NCBI GenBank assembly: GCA_012295275.1
Contig: CM022671.1
Location: forward strand, 33,790,001 to 33,854,000
Length of the DNA stretch: 64,000 nucleotides
Direction: 5' to 3'
Source: Chrysomallon squamiferum
Lineage: Eukaryota > Animalia > Mollusca
Shown here: positions 41,581 to 56,501 of the stretch, one piece after another
How positions within the stretch are numbered: position 1 is the stretch's first letter
How the letters are laid out: each line of letters opens with the position of its first letter
Program-made: the position numbers and the translations under genes
Notes under the pieces: generated by a model
Seen by the model: the letters and a program-made list of their open reading frames with translations, nothing else
Database searches by the model: none
What the model was told of the DNA's origin: nothing

Positions 41581-42367
41581 AAATTAATTAATTAAACGTT
41601 ATAAATAAACAAATACACAAAGAAATAAAGAAATAAATAGATTAGCAATATAAAAACTAACAAAAAAAAGAAGAGAAAATACAAATAATAATAAATAATA
41701 AATAATAAACAAAATAAATAAAATAAAATAAACAAAATAATAATAATAATAATAAAACCTAAAGGAAACCCAATATTACACAGATGATTTACTAAACGTA
41801 AAATCTGCACACATCAACAAAATGTTGGCAGTTGAAGAAGCCTTGTTGAAAATGAATCTAAGCGATTCACGCATCACTGAATGTCAGTTATGTGACCTGT
41901 GTGCGCTCTCATGCTTCGTTGACCCAGTCTATCTGGAAGTTGTGACATATAAAATAAAAACACTTACTTCAACTCGTGCTGAGTAATATGCCATGTCTCT
42001 CTGATTTTTCAGATAAGTGAAAGAAAAAAAAAAAAAAAAAAATATTTTATTGGTCTGTCTAGTTATTCGTTGTGTGTGTGTGTGTGGAGGGTGAGTGTGT
42101 TTATAGAGCTATGTGTGTATATATATATGTGTGTGTGTGTATGCGTGTACTTAGGTATGTATGTATTAGTTTAAGTATACATAGACATACATACATACAT
42201 ATATATATATATATGCGCATATTATGTTTCTATATATCAATGAATGTAAAGAACAAAAAAAAAAACAAGAAAGAAAAGAAAAGAAAGAAAAAATCGTGTT
42301 TGTAGATAGAAGACGTAGCTGCATATAAAACACATTTCATGCGATGTTCTACTTCTCACATTTCAGT

Positions 42368-42378
42368 TTTATTGTACA
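42368..42378 (-). terminator. Candidate KLF15 polyadenylation signal
   Basis: Minus-strand TGTACAATAAA (UGUA plus AAUAAA), about 1.6 kb past the stop. Other AATAAA hexamers lie closer, so this is tentative. Confidence 0.3.
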
Positions 42379-42720
42379 GAAATGAAACAAATACTCAAAA
42401 GAAAAGAAAAAACACCTACACGGGCCTGTGATAAATTCCTCACGGGGGGGGGTGTATGTCGGGTGTTAGGGGCAAAAATAACAAACTTTTAAATTTTTCG
42501 TTACTCATGTTCTAGTTTATCTTTGGGTTTTTTTTCAAAAAGAACAACAAAATACGTGTATAAATAAAATGAAATAATTTTATATACTTCCATTAAAAGT
42601 AATCGAAAAACATTGTTATTTTTATTATTTTCAAGTAATCACTTCTGAAAACAGTATTATTTGTAGTCAATCAATTATTTCAAAGAATAATACTAACTAT
42701 ATGTTTAAATAACAGAATAT

Positions 42721-42813
<93 letters not shown>

Positions 42814-43834
42814 TACATTCATTAATATAAAAAATACATTTCTTTATCTCTTTACAGATACATCTGAAAGTAAAAACATAATTAATCTGTTCTAAATTTC
42901 GAATTAATAATCAAATACTGGACTGTTTCTCTGTCGTTCTTCTCTCTATCATAGTGTCACGCGCAAGTGACTGGGCGGATCTACGTAATCACGACAGTGA
43001 CAAAACGTGTTGCTAGATCAAATGAACAACACGACAAATTTCATGACTCAGAAATCTGTGCGAAACACGATAGCCTCTCGTTTCAAGGATTTCAGTTCCC
43101 GGCGTCCCAAATAGAAATTTCATTTTCGGAGAGACCAAGTTTGAAAATGAATACCTCATTGGAAAATCACAACAGTTATGTAGTGTAGGACAATGATCTG
43201 TCTATTCATCATTACAAAATGAATCGCAAAACAGCTGTGTGCATATTTCATCGTAATACTGTAAAGATTTGTGAAACATTTCCATTTATTTGATCATGGT
43301 AATGATTTACAGTTTTATATATATTACCATGATAATGATTTGCAATAGTTCTAAATATTTCATCATAACAATGATCTGAGATATACAAAATATTATCTAC
43401 ATATAATCACGTAATATGGTAATGTTAAACGTTATGATAATAAAATCTATTAATATATATAGTTATGTAATATGATAGTGTTAAATGTTAATACTTCTTA
43501 ATTCAATAATATAAGTAAAACACGACTGAAAGATACTAAGAGTATGGAATGGCTTCATGTAATTAAACATACATAAAATTATCACATATGAATTAATTTT
43601 TTGATTAGTTCATTGATATTAGGCTGCCATCTGAAGGACGATATTTATTTCTTTCTTTTTTTTCAGTTTCAATTTTTACTATATTTCTTTTGAGACAGCG
43701 AAATGAAATTTGTTCTAATTTAAATGTTAGATGTACATATGATAATAATAAAATAATATAAATAAATAATAATATATTAAAATATTATTTCAAAATGACT
43801 TAAATCTAATTTTGATTTTTCACTCACACATAAA

Positions 43835-43914
<80 letters not shown>

Positions 43915-43950
43915 ATGATAACTGTAAAAAGTTTGTATATTTTTATGTCT

Positions 43951-45153
43951 CTACCTTTTCCTGTGCACTTTGAGATGTTTTGAAAGATGGTCCGATCTTG
44001 AAAATCTTTTTTCACAAATCTTGCACTGATACGGTTTAATCCCTGAATGTGAACGTTTATGCCTAGCGAGCTCGTCGGAACGGGAAAAGCGCCACCCGCA
44101 ACCCGGCCACGTGCACTCGAAAGGTTTCTCGCCCGTGTGCCGTCTAAGATGTGCTTTCAGGTGCGAGCTTTTGCTGTACACTTTGTTGCAGTTGGCGTAG
44201 GTGCAGTGATAGATTTTTTCATCCGCCTTTTCCTTCGAACTGCCAGACTTCACCGGGCTCGATTTAATAGTCCTCATTCGCACATCGTCGAAATGGCGAG
44301 TCTGGTTCAGTAAAGAATTGGAAGAGTTGCTGCTTAGAATGCGCCTTCCTGGGTTCGCGGCCATCTTGGCATTTCCGAGAACAGTCGAAGAATGCTTCGG
44401 AAACGAATCGCCTGGAAAAACGCTGCATTCTTGTGACGTCGATTTGCTTGCGTAACTGTGCATCAGATTTTGAAGACCAACACCCAAGACCACAAACTCG
44501 TTGTTGTTGTTGTTGTTGTTGGTCGTGGTGGCGGTGGTGGTGATGGTGTTAGTGTTGGTTGCAGTTGATAATGTGGTGCCAGCTGTGTTGCTGGTGGCGG
44601 TGTTGACGCCGATGGTGCTGTTGTTCTGGTTGTGGAATGCAATGTCCGATGAAAAAGCAGAGCAGTCTGGAACGGAATATAAATCTTTGTCTCCAAAAGT
44701 CAAAGAATTGTAAAAAGAACTGTTCTGGGTGGCTGACACCTGAGGGTTGGTGCGGACGTTATTTGTAACAGAAGCACGAACTGAGTGAGGATGGATGGAA
44801 GGAATATCACTGAAATTGTCGGGAATAAAATTATTACTACTACTACTACTACCGTTATTAATATTAGTATCATTATTACAGCTACCGACGTTGTTGTAGT
44901 TGTTCTTACCTCCAGGCACATCACCAGCACCACAGACGTCGGAAGCTTTCTCCACGGCGTCAGCAAGTCCTTGAGAAAAGAGATACTCTAAGTAAAAATC
45001 ATCGTCCAAGCTGTCCATACTCCACACGCTCGCCGGACTGTGACTGCGAAAATCATCGAAACTCGAATCACTTTCCTCGCCGGCTGAGTTGAGCCGCTGC
45101 AGCGTAAACTGTTCCCTCTCCAACGACGACACGAGAGGCAGAAAATCCTCCAT
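43951..45153 (-). CDS. KLF15: Krueppel-like factor 15 orthologue, about 400 aa, three C-terminal C2H2 zinc fingers
   Basis: Fingers [81 protein letters not shown] match KLF15-type signatures ([22 protein letters not shown], RSHSGxKPYQC, DHLSKH). The N-terminal LEYLFSQ resembles LDFLLSQ of vertebrate KLF15. First in-frame ATG at 45153, context aggATGG. Confidence 0.9.
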   Translation of the reverse strand: MEDFLPLVSSLEREQFTLQRLNSAGEESDSSFDDFRSHSPASVWSMDSLDDDFYLEYLFSQGLADAVEKASDVCGAGDVPGGKNNYNNVGSCNNDTNINNGSSSSSNNFIPDNFSDIPSIHPHSVRASVTNNVRTNPQVSATQNSSFYNSLTFGDKDLYSVPDCSAFSSDIAFHNQNNSTIGVNTATSNTAGTTLSTATNTNTITTTATTTNNNNNNNEFVVLGVGLQNLMHSYASKSTSQECSVFPGDSFPKHSSTVLGNAKMAANPGRRILSSNSSNSLLNQTRHFDDVRMRTIKSSPVKSGSSKEKADEKIYHCTYANCNKVYSKSSHLKAHLRRHTGEKPFECTWPGCGWRFSRSDELARHKRSHSGIKPYQCKICEKRFSRSDHLSKHLKVHRKR

Positions 45154-45354
45154 CCTCACAGTGTCCAGCAACTCTCTTAACCACGCGATATCCAGTGTGA
45201 CGGTTAATTTTAAACTCTCTTCCCTTTCCCAGAAGAAGAAGAAGAGGGCTTCGAGAGATAAAGAGAGAGAGCAACAAACAACAACAACAAAAAAAAAAAA
45301 AATCCCAAACCAGCTGACAAACACAGTCCAAACAACTTCGCCTTACAAACAGTC

Positions 45355-45445
45355 GGGTGATGCAGGGATATCCCTCGACCGCCTCTATTTATAGATAATA
45401 AATTAACGGCACAGCACGGCTCGTTTCCAGTCGCGATTGGTCGAA
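45355..45445 (-). promoter_or_regulatory. KLF15 proximal core promoter (TATA and CCAAT boxes)
   Basis: Minus-strand TATAAATA at 45393-45386 and CCAAT at 45440-45436. Predicted TSS near 45360, about 205 nt upstream of the ATG. An octamer ATTTGCAT lies at 45582-45589. Confidence 0.6.
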
Positions 45446-45937
45446 GGCAAGTCTCGACTGACTAGGATCCCCCCCCTCTCTCTCTCTCTGTTTCTCTGTT
45501 ACTCTCTTTCACCCGTGATACCGGATTACTCGAGTAGAAATTTGAGAATATAACCTCTCGATTGTAACTTCAGACGGCTTCATTTGCATACAATTCAGTG
45601 GTCTTATACTTCAGAATTCACTGAGCGACTGCACGTTTGAAGTGTCGTCTGCCACTCTCGACACGCGTTCACGCATCCCACGTAGTCACAGTTCTATTTT
45701 TTTCTCGTCACTGTTCACGCAAAATCTGCGGCGTGACTCTGTCCCGTTTAACTGTCACACTTCAGTAGAGACAAGAACTAGACGAGGAAGAAAATCTTCT
45801 TTTCTTTTTTTTTTGCTGAGCAATAATTCGTTTATGTACCTTTTATTATTATTCCTTTTTTATTATTTTTTTTTATTTTTTTTTTTTTATTTTAAGAATT
45901 AGTATTTTGTTTTTGTTTCCGTAATGTTTATTGTTCC

Positions 45938-45969
<32 letters not shown>

Positions 45970-47164
45970 CTCGTTTGTGGAGTTTGAAAATTCCTAGATT
46001 ATTATTCCAAGTGTGTTAATTCTGGAGATAGAGATGTTAATATAACCTTTATTATAGTTATTAATTCCTGTCTTGAAAAACCTTCTTTAATAGTTATAAT
46101 TATTATTGTATGTTTTTGTGGGTTGTTTTTTTTTTTTTTTGTTTTTTTGTTATTGTGGGGTTTTATTATTACTGTTTATTATTTTTATTATTATTATTAT
46201 TATTATTCCTTTTTCGGTTATTTTTCTAAGTAACCTTTTTCACTGAATTAATATTTGAATTCCAATTTCGCTTCTTTTACTGGGAAATAATTTCCATCAC
46301 ATTCCAGCTTTGCTTGATTTTCTTTGACTTCTGAATAACAGTTCTTTCTTTTTCACCGTATTTTTATTTCCTTTCTTTTCTTTTTCTATTTTCTCCTCTT
46401 GTTTTCAGAGCTTTTATCAAAAGTCAGTACATGATAACGTTTAGGCCACTTTAAAACGAATTAGGTAAAGCAAAGACATTTATTTTCTCTCTGTCTCTCC
46501 TTGGTATAAATAATTCACAAGTTTCTAATAAATACTGACACAAATGAAACTGTTTTCCTCTGTTTAAGAATCTCTCAGCCTGCACTTTGTAATCCGTTTA
46601 GCCGACTTGTTCGCAGTAAGAGCAAACTGGAAAATAAAACTGAATTTGAGGCTGTTTGTACGTGATTGTTATAAATACTGGTGAATGTCATAATAACAAC
46701 AGCACTGATAATGATAATGAAAATAATGAAGATAATAACAATAATAACAATAACAGATTCACTCTAGATACACATTTTAGAGACTCATATACTGATATAT
46801 ACATACATTCATATAATATACAAGTACACAACCGCACACACACACGCACACACGCACACACAAAAACACACACATATATATATACACACACGTTGTTACC
46901 GAAATGTTTAAAAGAGCTGTTATTTAAAGTATCGTGTTATATCCTGAATATATAAACGATTAATAACAATTTTATTGACAACTAAATAATACTGCCGGCA
47001 ACACAACTCTCAATTCAACAATAAAATTATCTAACTTTTCCTTTGTACATGATAATTTTATTACTTTCCTGGAGTATCAACTTCCTATCGTGCTATACAC
47101 ATACATACATATATATATAAATATATTATACATACATGCATAGAAACATACTTACGTACATATA

Positions 47165-47263
<99 letters not shown>

Positions 47264-47315
47264 GTAGATAGACACAGAGAGACAGACAGACAAATACATA
47301 CATATACAAACATAC

Positions 47316-47642
47316 ATGTGTGTGTGTCTGTGTGTGTTTTTGTGTCTGTGTCTCTGTGTGTGTATATGTCTCTGTGTCTGTGTGTGTGTTTGTGTATGTG
47401 TGTGTGGAATGTGTCTGTGTGTGAATGTGTCTCTGTGTTTGTGTGTGTGTCTGTGTGTGTGTTTGTGTGTGTATGTGTGTTTGTGTGTGTGTGTGTCTCT
47501 GTGTGTGTGTATGCCTGTGTGTGTGTATGTCTCTCTGTGTGTGTATGCCTGTGTGTGTGTATGCCTGTGTGTGTGTGTATGTCTCTGTATGTGTGTGTAT
47601 GCCTGTGTGTGTGTGTGTGTATGTGTGTGTGTGTGTGTGTGT
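47316..47642. repeat. Compound (TG)n-type microsatellite
   Basis: Imperfect TG/TGTC/TATG repeats. Comparable (TATG)n/(CA)n arrays occur at 5430-5850, 28347-28600, 38230-38390, 39090-39300, 55245-55410 and 58430-58715. Confidence 0.9.
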
Positions 47643-48384
47643 TACCCTTCTAGAAGCTGACCTATCATGTCAACTGTTTCCGCTGAAAAAACGTTCTGGT
47701 TACATCTCAAAGCGTTGACTGACATTTACGTGGCTGATGTGGCACACGTCACTCCGTCCATTTCACAACACTTGCTCGTTTCACTGCATCCTTATCTGCT
47801 GGCCATTTCCGAAATTTTACTCAAAACTGGCCGAGTCACAAACGTCACAGTAAACAGAGTTTAACTCGCAGAAAAAGAAAAATAAGTGGAGACAGAGTAT
47901 CGAATCCAAACGCGATTATATTTGAAATTCACTAATCAAAAAAAAAAAAAAAAAAAAAAACAACGATAAAAAAAAAAAAAAAATTGACAAGTGAAATGTG
48001 AAATGTACTGAATGAAATGTACACTTTACTGTTCCGCGTAGACACTTATATATCATATATACATACAAAGTGCAGCTTGATCTTCAGAGGTATGTACCAA
48101 CAAGGAAGTTTTTGCTCTGCTGTGGGTTTTTTTGGTGTTTTATTTTGTTTATCCAGGATAAAACAAAATGATTCATGTCTCATTGTGTCTCGTATAACAG
48201 TGTGTACATAACATAATATGTGGACTAATTAGTGTTTGTATACATATGTCTCTCTCTGTGTACTAGGTATGTAGATATGTACACACACACACACATATAG
48301 CATACGAACATGCATATGCAGATGCACAGATAATAGATATTCAAACATACACATACACATGTACATACAGACAGACAGACAGAC

Positions 48385-48428
<44 letters not shown>

Positions 48429-49834
48429 AGAGAAAGAGAGTATTTAAAAATAATGTTATATCTTTACCTTTTCTTTTACACTGTTATCATGACAAAATCA
48501 TTAACCAGTACAACTGTGTTTTCAGCCAGACGTACAATGTTTCAGTTTAAGAAAAATATTTCCATATATCTCGAATGTTTCTAAAGTTCTCATAAACTCA
48601 AATTAAAATCCTTCACAATTCGACGCTAGTCGAACTTACCGATATCTCGAAGTTTTAAATATCAAGCTTTTAAATATTAACAAAACTCTGGACATCTAGA
48701 AATTTCAAAAGAAAAATATTGTGTACATATAGCTTCAAATCCTTCACAGTCAGAACTTTCAGGAATTCTGCAAACTTGTGCAATCTCAAAGTTTTCGTTA
48801 AAACATATATTTTCATCACAAAACAGTTCTGAATACGTTGCTAGCTAAATAGCTCTTGTGCCTTACACAGTCAATTTCCTTTCTTTAAGAACTTAAAATC
48901 CGGCAGCTAAATAAAAGCTTAATGACATCTCAAAATCCTCAGTTCAGGTAGAAAAATGCTGGAGATTTATAAAAACACCAGCATCCAAGACAAAAAAGTA
49001 AATCTAGTAGAAAATCTCGAGTTATGTCAAAATCTCAAAACAACGTCATTTTAACACAGATAAGCCGAATTCCACAACGAGGCGATCGTTTCAGTTTTTG
49101 GTCCTTTCACGAAGCACACACGCACAAAACACACAGAACACCAGCCGAGACGTAAACAAAAGATTTTATACGTCCGTCTGTTTGTCTACTAAAAAAATAG
49201 AATATTTCAACTTTTTTCTTTCTTTCTTTTACTTCTTCTTCCAACATTCGAACTTAAATCATTATATGAATGAAATTTGTGTAAAAAAAAACTCTCAAAA
49301 CATCACTGAAACGAAAAAACAAGAAAAAAAAAAAAACGAAAAAAGAAAACAATTTTTCTAAGCTCACAGAGGAAAAAGTTGACATAGAACTGAATGAGAA
49401 TTTGAAAATAGGCCTCGTTTAAACAGAGCACGCGTGTCTCACTGGTATCCGCGGCCCACTACATAGAGTCACGTAAATTACTTCCAAATCTGTCGGCTGC
49501 CGTATGTGTCTTTCTGTCAGTCGTTCGCGCTCCACTGATAACTTGCATGACCAAACGTTCTGGAATAGCCGAGACAGCCAGGCCAGACAGAACGACAAAT
49601 ATTAAACGAGTTACCTACCTGTTTATTACAATACGTGTACAAAATTAGTTACTGCCAGACACAGTAGTGTGTGTGTGTGTGTGTGTGTGTGTCTGTGTGT
49701 GTGTGTATATACCGTGAAAAAGAAGGAAGGAAATTAACTTACATTCAGACATGATATTTAATTCGGGGATTTTTTATTTTTTTTTTTTTTTTGTTACTTC
49801 ATGATTATTATTATTACTATTGTTATTGTTGTTG

Positions 49835-49867
<33 letters not shown>

Positions 49868-49868
<1 letters not shown>

Positions 49869-50127
49869 GTTAAATTAAAAATACTTAGCAGTAATATATT
49901 ACACATAATCAGATTAGTCGCGTTTAAGGTTTTATTTAGTTGCTGATATTCTCTTCGTAATCTGGTCATTCTGTCTTTTTTGTTAGGTGAAAGATTTATT
50001 CTGTTATCGGCATTCTTTTTTTCTTCTTCTCTTTTTTTTTCTTGTTATCATTCTATTGTTTTTTTTATCCGTTGTAGTTGTAGTAGTAATTACTAATGTT
50101 ATAGTTCTCTGTAATAGTAATAACTAT
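49868..50127 (+). repeat. Locally dispersed repeat, copy 1
   Basis: TGTTAAATTAAAAATACTTAGCAG...AATCAGATTAGTCGCGTTTAAGG...GTAATAGTAATAACTAT is shared with 62110-62398. Confidence 0.9.
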
Positions 50128-50437
50128 TTTATCTCTTTCTTTCTCTCTCTCTATTTCTCTTTCTCTATATATATATCTCTCTTTCTGTTTCTCTCTATCT
50201 ATCTGCCTAGCTATCTATCTCCCTCTCTCTTTCTCTATCGCTATCTCTCTTTCTTTCTCTCTCTCTACCTTTCTGTATCACGATATCTCTCTCTCCCTCA
50301 CACTATCTGTCTTTCTCTCTCTTTGTCTCTCTCTGTCTCTGTCTCTCTTTCTTTATCCTCGTATCTCTCTGAATCTCTATAAATGTAGTTACTGTTTACG
50401 TACAACTAACGTTAATGTGTCTGTACGATAAACTTTC

Positions 50438-50529
<92 letters not shown>

Positions 50530-51216
50530 CCCCTCTCCCTCTCCCTCCCTCCTTCCCTCCCCTCCACTAATTAGTGATAGTATGTAAGAAAACTAGATAT
50601 CAGATATATCTTACACATTCTTTTTTTATCTCTTTCATCGTAAAGGGTTCTGGGAAGCGATCCCTGTACGTCTGACGTACGTCCTGTTTAAAACTCACTA
50701 ACACAGAGAGACGAGCTGGGTCCAGTCCCTCCATCTTAGTTTTCTGCTAATCGCTTTACTGGCTACAACTCTGACCGGAAGGCAGAACAAGATAAGGATT
50801 AAAATTTCTAACAACACATTGTAAACAGCCTTCAGATGTGTATAACAGGATGTAGAAGTGGGGAGAGGGAAAGAGAGGGGGGACGAATTGAAACATTGCA
50901 TACATCTGTATGTGTCTGTGTATTTATTAGCTTATATATATATATATATACACACACACACATACACATACACACACAAGTATAAACTCATGCATATATA
51001 CGTATATGTATTCTTAAACAGTGATTCCTACATTTATATACATTCATACATACATACATACAAACAGAAATACACACTCATACAGACATAGATGCATACA
51101 TTATAGTTAAAATATGCATTTATCCTTTTAAAAGTTGATCTATAATGAGAAATAGAAGTAAAAAAAAAAAAAATAGAGGAAAAATTAAAGGAATATTTGT
51201 TATTTATTTTTATCTC

Positions 51217-51260
<44 letters not shown>

Positions 51261-51439
51261 TTTTTTATTTTTTTATTTGTTCACAGCAAAGTACAAAAGA
51301 CTGGTTGAATGTGGATGGTGACGAAGACGCTACGTTAAACACGACGATATTAACAACGACGACAACGACGTAATTCCTTTCCTTTTCCCTTTGTCTCATT
51401 AAAAAAAAGTGCTAATTCTGATGTTTCTCTTCTTACAAA

Positions 51440-51660
51440 CATCGATAAGACGGCGCCATTCTGCTTACATCTGAGAGTCAAAGTGCTTTTCCCAATTACA
51501 AGTAGGCCCGTACACGTAACAGCCTCTTCAAATTCGCGCGCAATAGCGCGAGATCGTACATGCGCGTGAATGGTACTTCCTGATCGTTTCCGGGCAGGCG
51601 AGTGGATCTGATTGGTCAGCTGTAGGAAGCGAAAGCGTGACACTTCCTAAAGAAAGTTTT
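51440..51660 (-). promoter_or_regulatory. CpG-rich promoter/enhancer-like island
   Basis: NF-Y box CTGACCAATCAG (51619-51608), E2F/CDE-like GCGCGCGAA abutting a CHR-like TTTGAA (51541-51527), four ETS-like GGAA sites and a YY1-like ATGGCG near 51460. Confidence 0.5.
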
Positions 51661-51949
51661 GAAAAAACACAGGAAGCTTAAAGAAGCCTATCTTTTGGTC
51701 CCTATTTCCTGACTAGCAGTCGTTTAGGCTGGAATAAAAGTGGTAGAACTGAGTTGACTTCAGTTTTGTTATGTAATTTTTTTTTTTTTTACTAGCCGAT
51801 ATTACATATACGCATATTACACACATATACATACATATATATGTACATACTGTTTGAAATGAATGGCATAAATCTATAGGATAATTTATAGATGCAACTT
51901 AAAGAGAAATGCAGACAGACAGACACACACACACACACACAGAGAGAAA

Positions 51950-52022
<73 letters not shown>

Positions 52023-52587
52023 TATACATGACGAAAGAAAATAATGTAAAACAAAAAGTACGAAGGAAATAATGAAAAAGACGTTTCATACGAGACTCAA
52101 AGAAAGAACTAAACACAAAATGAAATAAATAAACAAAACAAACATAAATAATTAATAAGAATGAGAGAAAACAGAAAGAAAGAAACACTATAATCAAAGA
52201 ATAACAAGAATTCTCTACATCATGATATCATTACATTAACACTGGCCACGGATCATGCATGTATTAACACGTGCATGTGGCGACATTACTAAGCGATGTT
52301 TTGAAACAAAATATCACCATTCTGTATCACTTAGACAAATCTCGTTAAACTCGATATCTCCCAGCGCCGGCCAGTGCTGGTACACGTTTGTATTGTTTAT
52401 AGATTAAATACAGATTAAATATAGATATAAAGTTAACAGATATCAGTTTCACTTGTCAATTTCGAGTTTATGCTAAACAAGAAACTTTCAGTGCCGCTTT
52501 GATCTTTTTTTATTATTATTATTATTATTATGATTATTATTATTATCATCATCATCATCATCATCATCATCATCTTTATTATTATTA

Positions 52588-52618
<31 letters not shown>

Positions 52619-52974
52619 TTTGTTTGTTTTGCATCTTTGAAATTAATGATATATTACGTTCTGTGACATTTGGTCTTGCTAAAACAATGCATTCAAAAAA
52701 TAAATAATATATAGTAAATAAATTATAATAAATAAGGACAATTTAGCGAATGACAGTTTAAATTCACATGTATGTTATCTTGACACACGGATAATATTAT
52801 ACATTTTGAGTACCTGATGAGCAGACAATGATTGTTAAGTTATTTGTTTACGAAGTCATATCGTCGTCACCGTTGTTTTTAATATCAAAATCTTGGTCGC
52901 TGTTGTCGTTACTCTACTGGGGATTTGTTGCAGCTGTTTCATAAAAAAAAATGTATAATTTGTTATTCTTAATT

Positions 52975-53076
<102 letters not shown>

Positions 53077-54493
53077 CTCTTAGAGAACACTAGTATTATT
53101 TTATTAATTCTGATAACACAATAATTACTGTAATATATCGTAAAACTGAATAAAAAAAATTATCTTACTAGATTGTTATTTAACAATTAACAAGTTTCAG
53201 TTTAATCAATTCGTTTACAAACACATATAGACTGACTTATATCTCCATTAAATATTTGTGAGCACAGAAATTGAAAACTATTATTAATTTTAAATCCGTT
53301 ATAGTCTAGTCATGAAATCCGACACGAGACAGGTCAAAATTACAATTAACTTAATCAGACCCCCTGCAGTTAATTACCTAATTATTTTCAAACTGCGATT
53401 TGTTATTGTAACTCTCCGTCTCGCTAAAAGGTCCATGATGTGCTTAGGAGGAATGTTCTTGAAATTAAACCGTTATAATATTACAATATATATATATATA
53501 TTTTTAATTGTATTTACTTATTTATTTATTTTTATTTTTATTTTTTCATTTTTTATTTTTATTTTTTTAATTTTAATTTTATTTTTTTATTTTATTATTT
53601 ATTTATTTTTTTCGATCCAAATAAGCATTGGCGTCATTTTTGAAATTGTAGCGTTCGTTATCATCATCATCATCATCATCACCGTTAGCAGTTGTAGTAG
53701 TAGTAGTAGTAATATCAGCAGTAGTAACAGTACCATCGTCGTTATTATAACAATAATTATCATTATCATAATTAACAATGTTAATCCTTTACATCGTCAT
53801 CATAATCATGACCATCATCGTCAACGATCATCATCATCATCATCATCATCAACATCATTGTTATCATCATGGTAAATCTTACTAACTAAATATTTTAATA
53901 CTCTTTGTACGTGAAACATGATGAAGGTTTGGAAGTGTTTGGGCGAAACAACGAGAAAAGCTGATATGTTTGTAACTAAGAAAGAATGCAAAAAAAGCTT
54001 TGATAGCGAAAATTACTTGAACTTCGACCGCCGTTCAACAGTTTCTATCTCTAAACGACGACAACATCTAAGTCATCGGATCGCCATATCTCCAGTTTAA
54101 AATCTTTCGTGTTACAGCACGTATCTTCCTTCTGTTTGGTTTCTTCTTCTTCTTCTTCTTCTTCTTCTTCTTCTTCTTCTTCTTCTTCTTCTTGAAAACG
54201 TTTATTTGTTAAAACTCATTCCATACAAGACACTTAGCATCATAACATCATTTCAAAGCTATTTTTTTCAGTGTTTTATTTTTTTACAACTTATTATTAT
54301 TATTTTTAATGTTGTTCAGAGTATAATTCTTTAATTAATCATTTATTTCTTCTCTATTTCATTTCATTCTTTCCGGATTTTTTCTCTCGTTCTCTCTTTT
54401 TATTTCACTGTATTCTGACTATAACTACTTTTATTTTAAATTTATCTTTTTCAGTCTTTCCTTTTCAACATCTCTCTCTTTCTATTTTTATTA

Positions 54494-54562
<69 letters not shown>

Positions 54563-55027
54563 TTATCTGATTGAGTTGAAAAAGAGGTAACTTTGTAATC
54601 GGAAAAGTTGAAACAAACAGTACTAAGTACATTGTTGATAGAATCTGATATAATTATGCTTTGATAAGATTAACAGACAATTTCATGTAGAAAAATGCGA
54701 CCAGATTACGAAATAAGCAATGACTGCACTATTCAGAATCACAAATATGTGTATATTTGACACGGTCATTTTTGTTATTTTTCAGTGAATACACAGACGA
54801 AAGTTAGAGGGGAAGAAAGATGGGAAGTAAGAAAGAAAGAAAAAAAAAGAAATGATTTAAGGAAGAAACAAACAAACAACAACGAAAGAAAGGAAGGAAG
54901 AAATTTTGAAAATAAATACTCTGAGATAGGAAACACAAAAACAAAATAGTGAATGAATGAAAGAAAACAAAGAAAAAAGTAGCCAAAAAAACCCCCCATA
55001 ATAATAATAAAAACAACAACAAAAAAC

Positions 55028-55096
<69 letters not shown>

Positions 55097-55238
55097 TATA
55101 AAGGATGATGATAAATAAAACAAAATAATTGGGGTCGGAGTGGAAATGTAAAAGGAGACTCAGTCTTTCCAAAACAACCACTTTTAATTCTTTCTTTTTT
55201 TAATGTGATAACTAAGAACTCTATAAAGACTGAGCTTG

Positions 55239-55273
<35 letters not shown>

Positions 55274-55360
55274 TCGTGTGTGTGCGTGTGTGTGACTGTG
55301 TATGTGTGTGTGTGTGTGTGTGTGTATGTGTGTGTGTATGTGTGTGTGTTTGTGTGTGTG

Positions 55361-55412
<52 letters not shown>

Positions 55413-55483
55413 TAAAGCAGTATGTATGCATATTTTGGTTGTGTTTTCATCTGAGAGAATTCTCTTTAGCAACAAATTATGTC

Positions 55484-55537
<54 letters not shown>

Positions 55538-55538
55538 T

Positions 55539-55593
<55 letters not shown>

Positions 55594-55794
55594 GATAATA
55601 ATAATAATAATAATGATGGTGATGACGACGATGACGATGATGATGATAAGAAGAAGAAAATGAAGAATATAACAATGATAATCATGGACAAGCTAATCAG
55701 AGATGCAGGGGAGGCAACTGCACTCCCAATTTAAGCAAAACAGGGGAAACTGGAAACAAATACGAAAATAAAATAAGTAATTAAAAAATCGAAG

Positions 55795-55868
<74 letters not shown>

Positions 55869-56414
55869 ACAAATTAGCAATGATGACAAATTAGTTGCCC
55901 GCTAAAAGTCAACGTAATATATTTATTTTAAAATGCCTTTTGACTGAACTGTGTACAAATATTTTATCATTAGATTTGTTGTTGTTATTGTATTATTATT
56001 ATTAAATTTTATTTTAATTATTATTATTATTTGTTTAATTATCCACTCTTCCGATCTTAATTAAGTATTTTCGTTATAATAATTAAACTAATATGTTTAT
56101 TCACAACAAACCCACAAGCATAAATTGATTTAGGTGAAAAGTGCTTGAAAGACTGAGCCAATGTATTTAAAAACGTGTTTACGCTATGGGAAAGTTCATA
56201 TAAAATATTTTTTCTATTAAACTAAAATCTATGTCCGTATCAGAACATAATAACAGACAACAACACTAATAATGTACTATTAATAATACTAATAAAAATT
56301 ATAATATCAACAACAAAAATTATAACAATAATATTAACAATAACAACAACAAATATAATAATAACTATAACAACTACAGCAGCAGCAACAATAACAATAA
56401 TAAAATAACAACAC

Positions 56415-56501
<87 letters not shown>

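Noticed and set aside
45154-45324. 457-aa KLF ORF starting at a non-ATG codon at 45324
   Set aside because: The extension is largely low-complexity 5' UTR-like sequence. The first ATG in good context is at 45153.
54775-55734. Long low-complexity ORFs here and elsewhere (poly-ER, SL, CV, HT, YI, I, L, F, K)
   Set aside because: They are translations of (GA)n, (CA)n, (TATG)n, (AAT)n and poly-T microsatellites.
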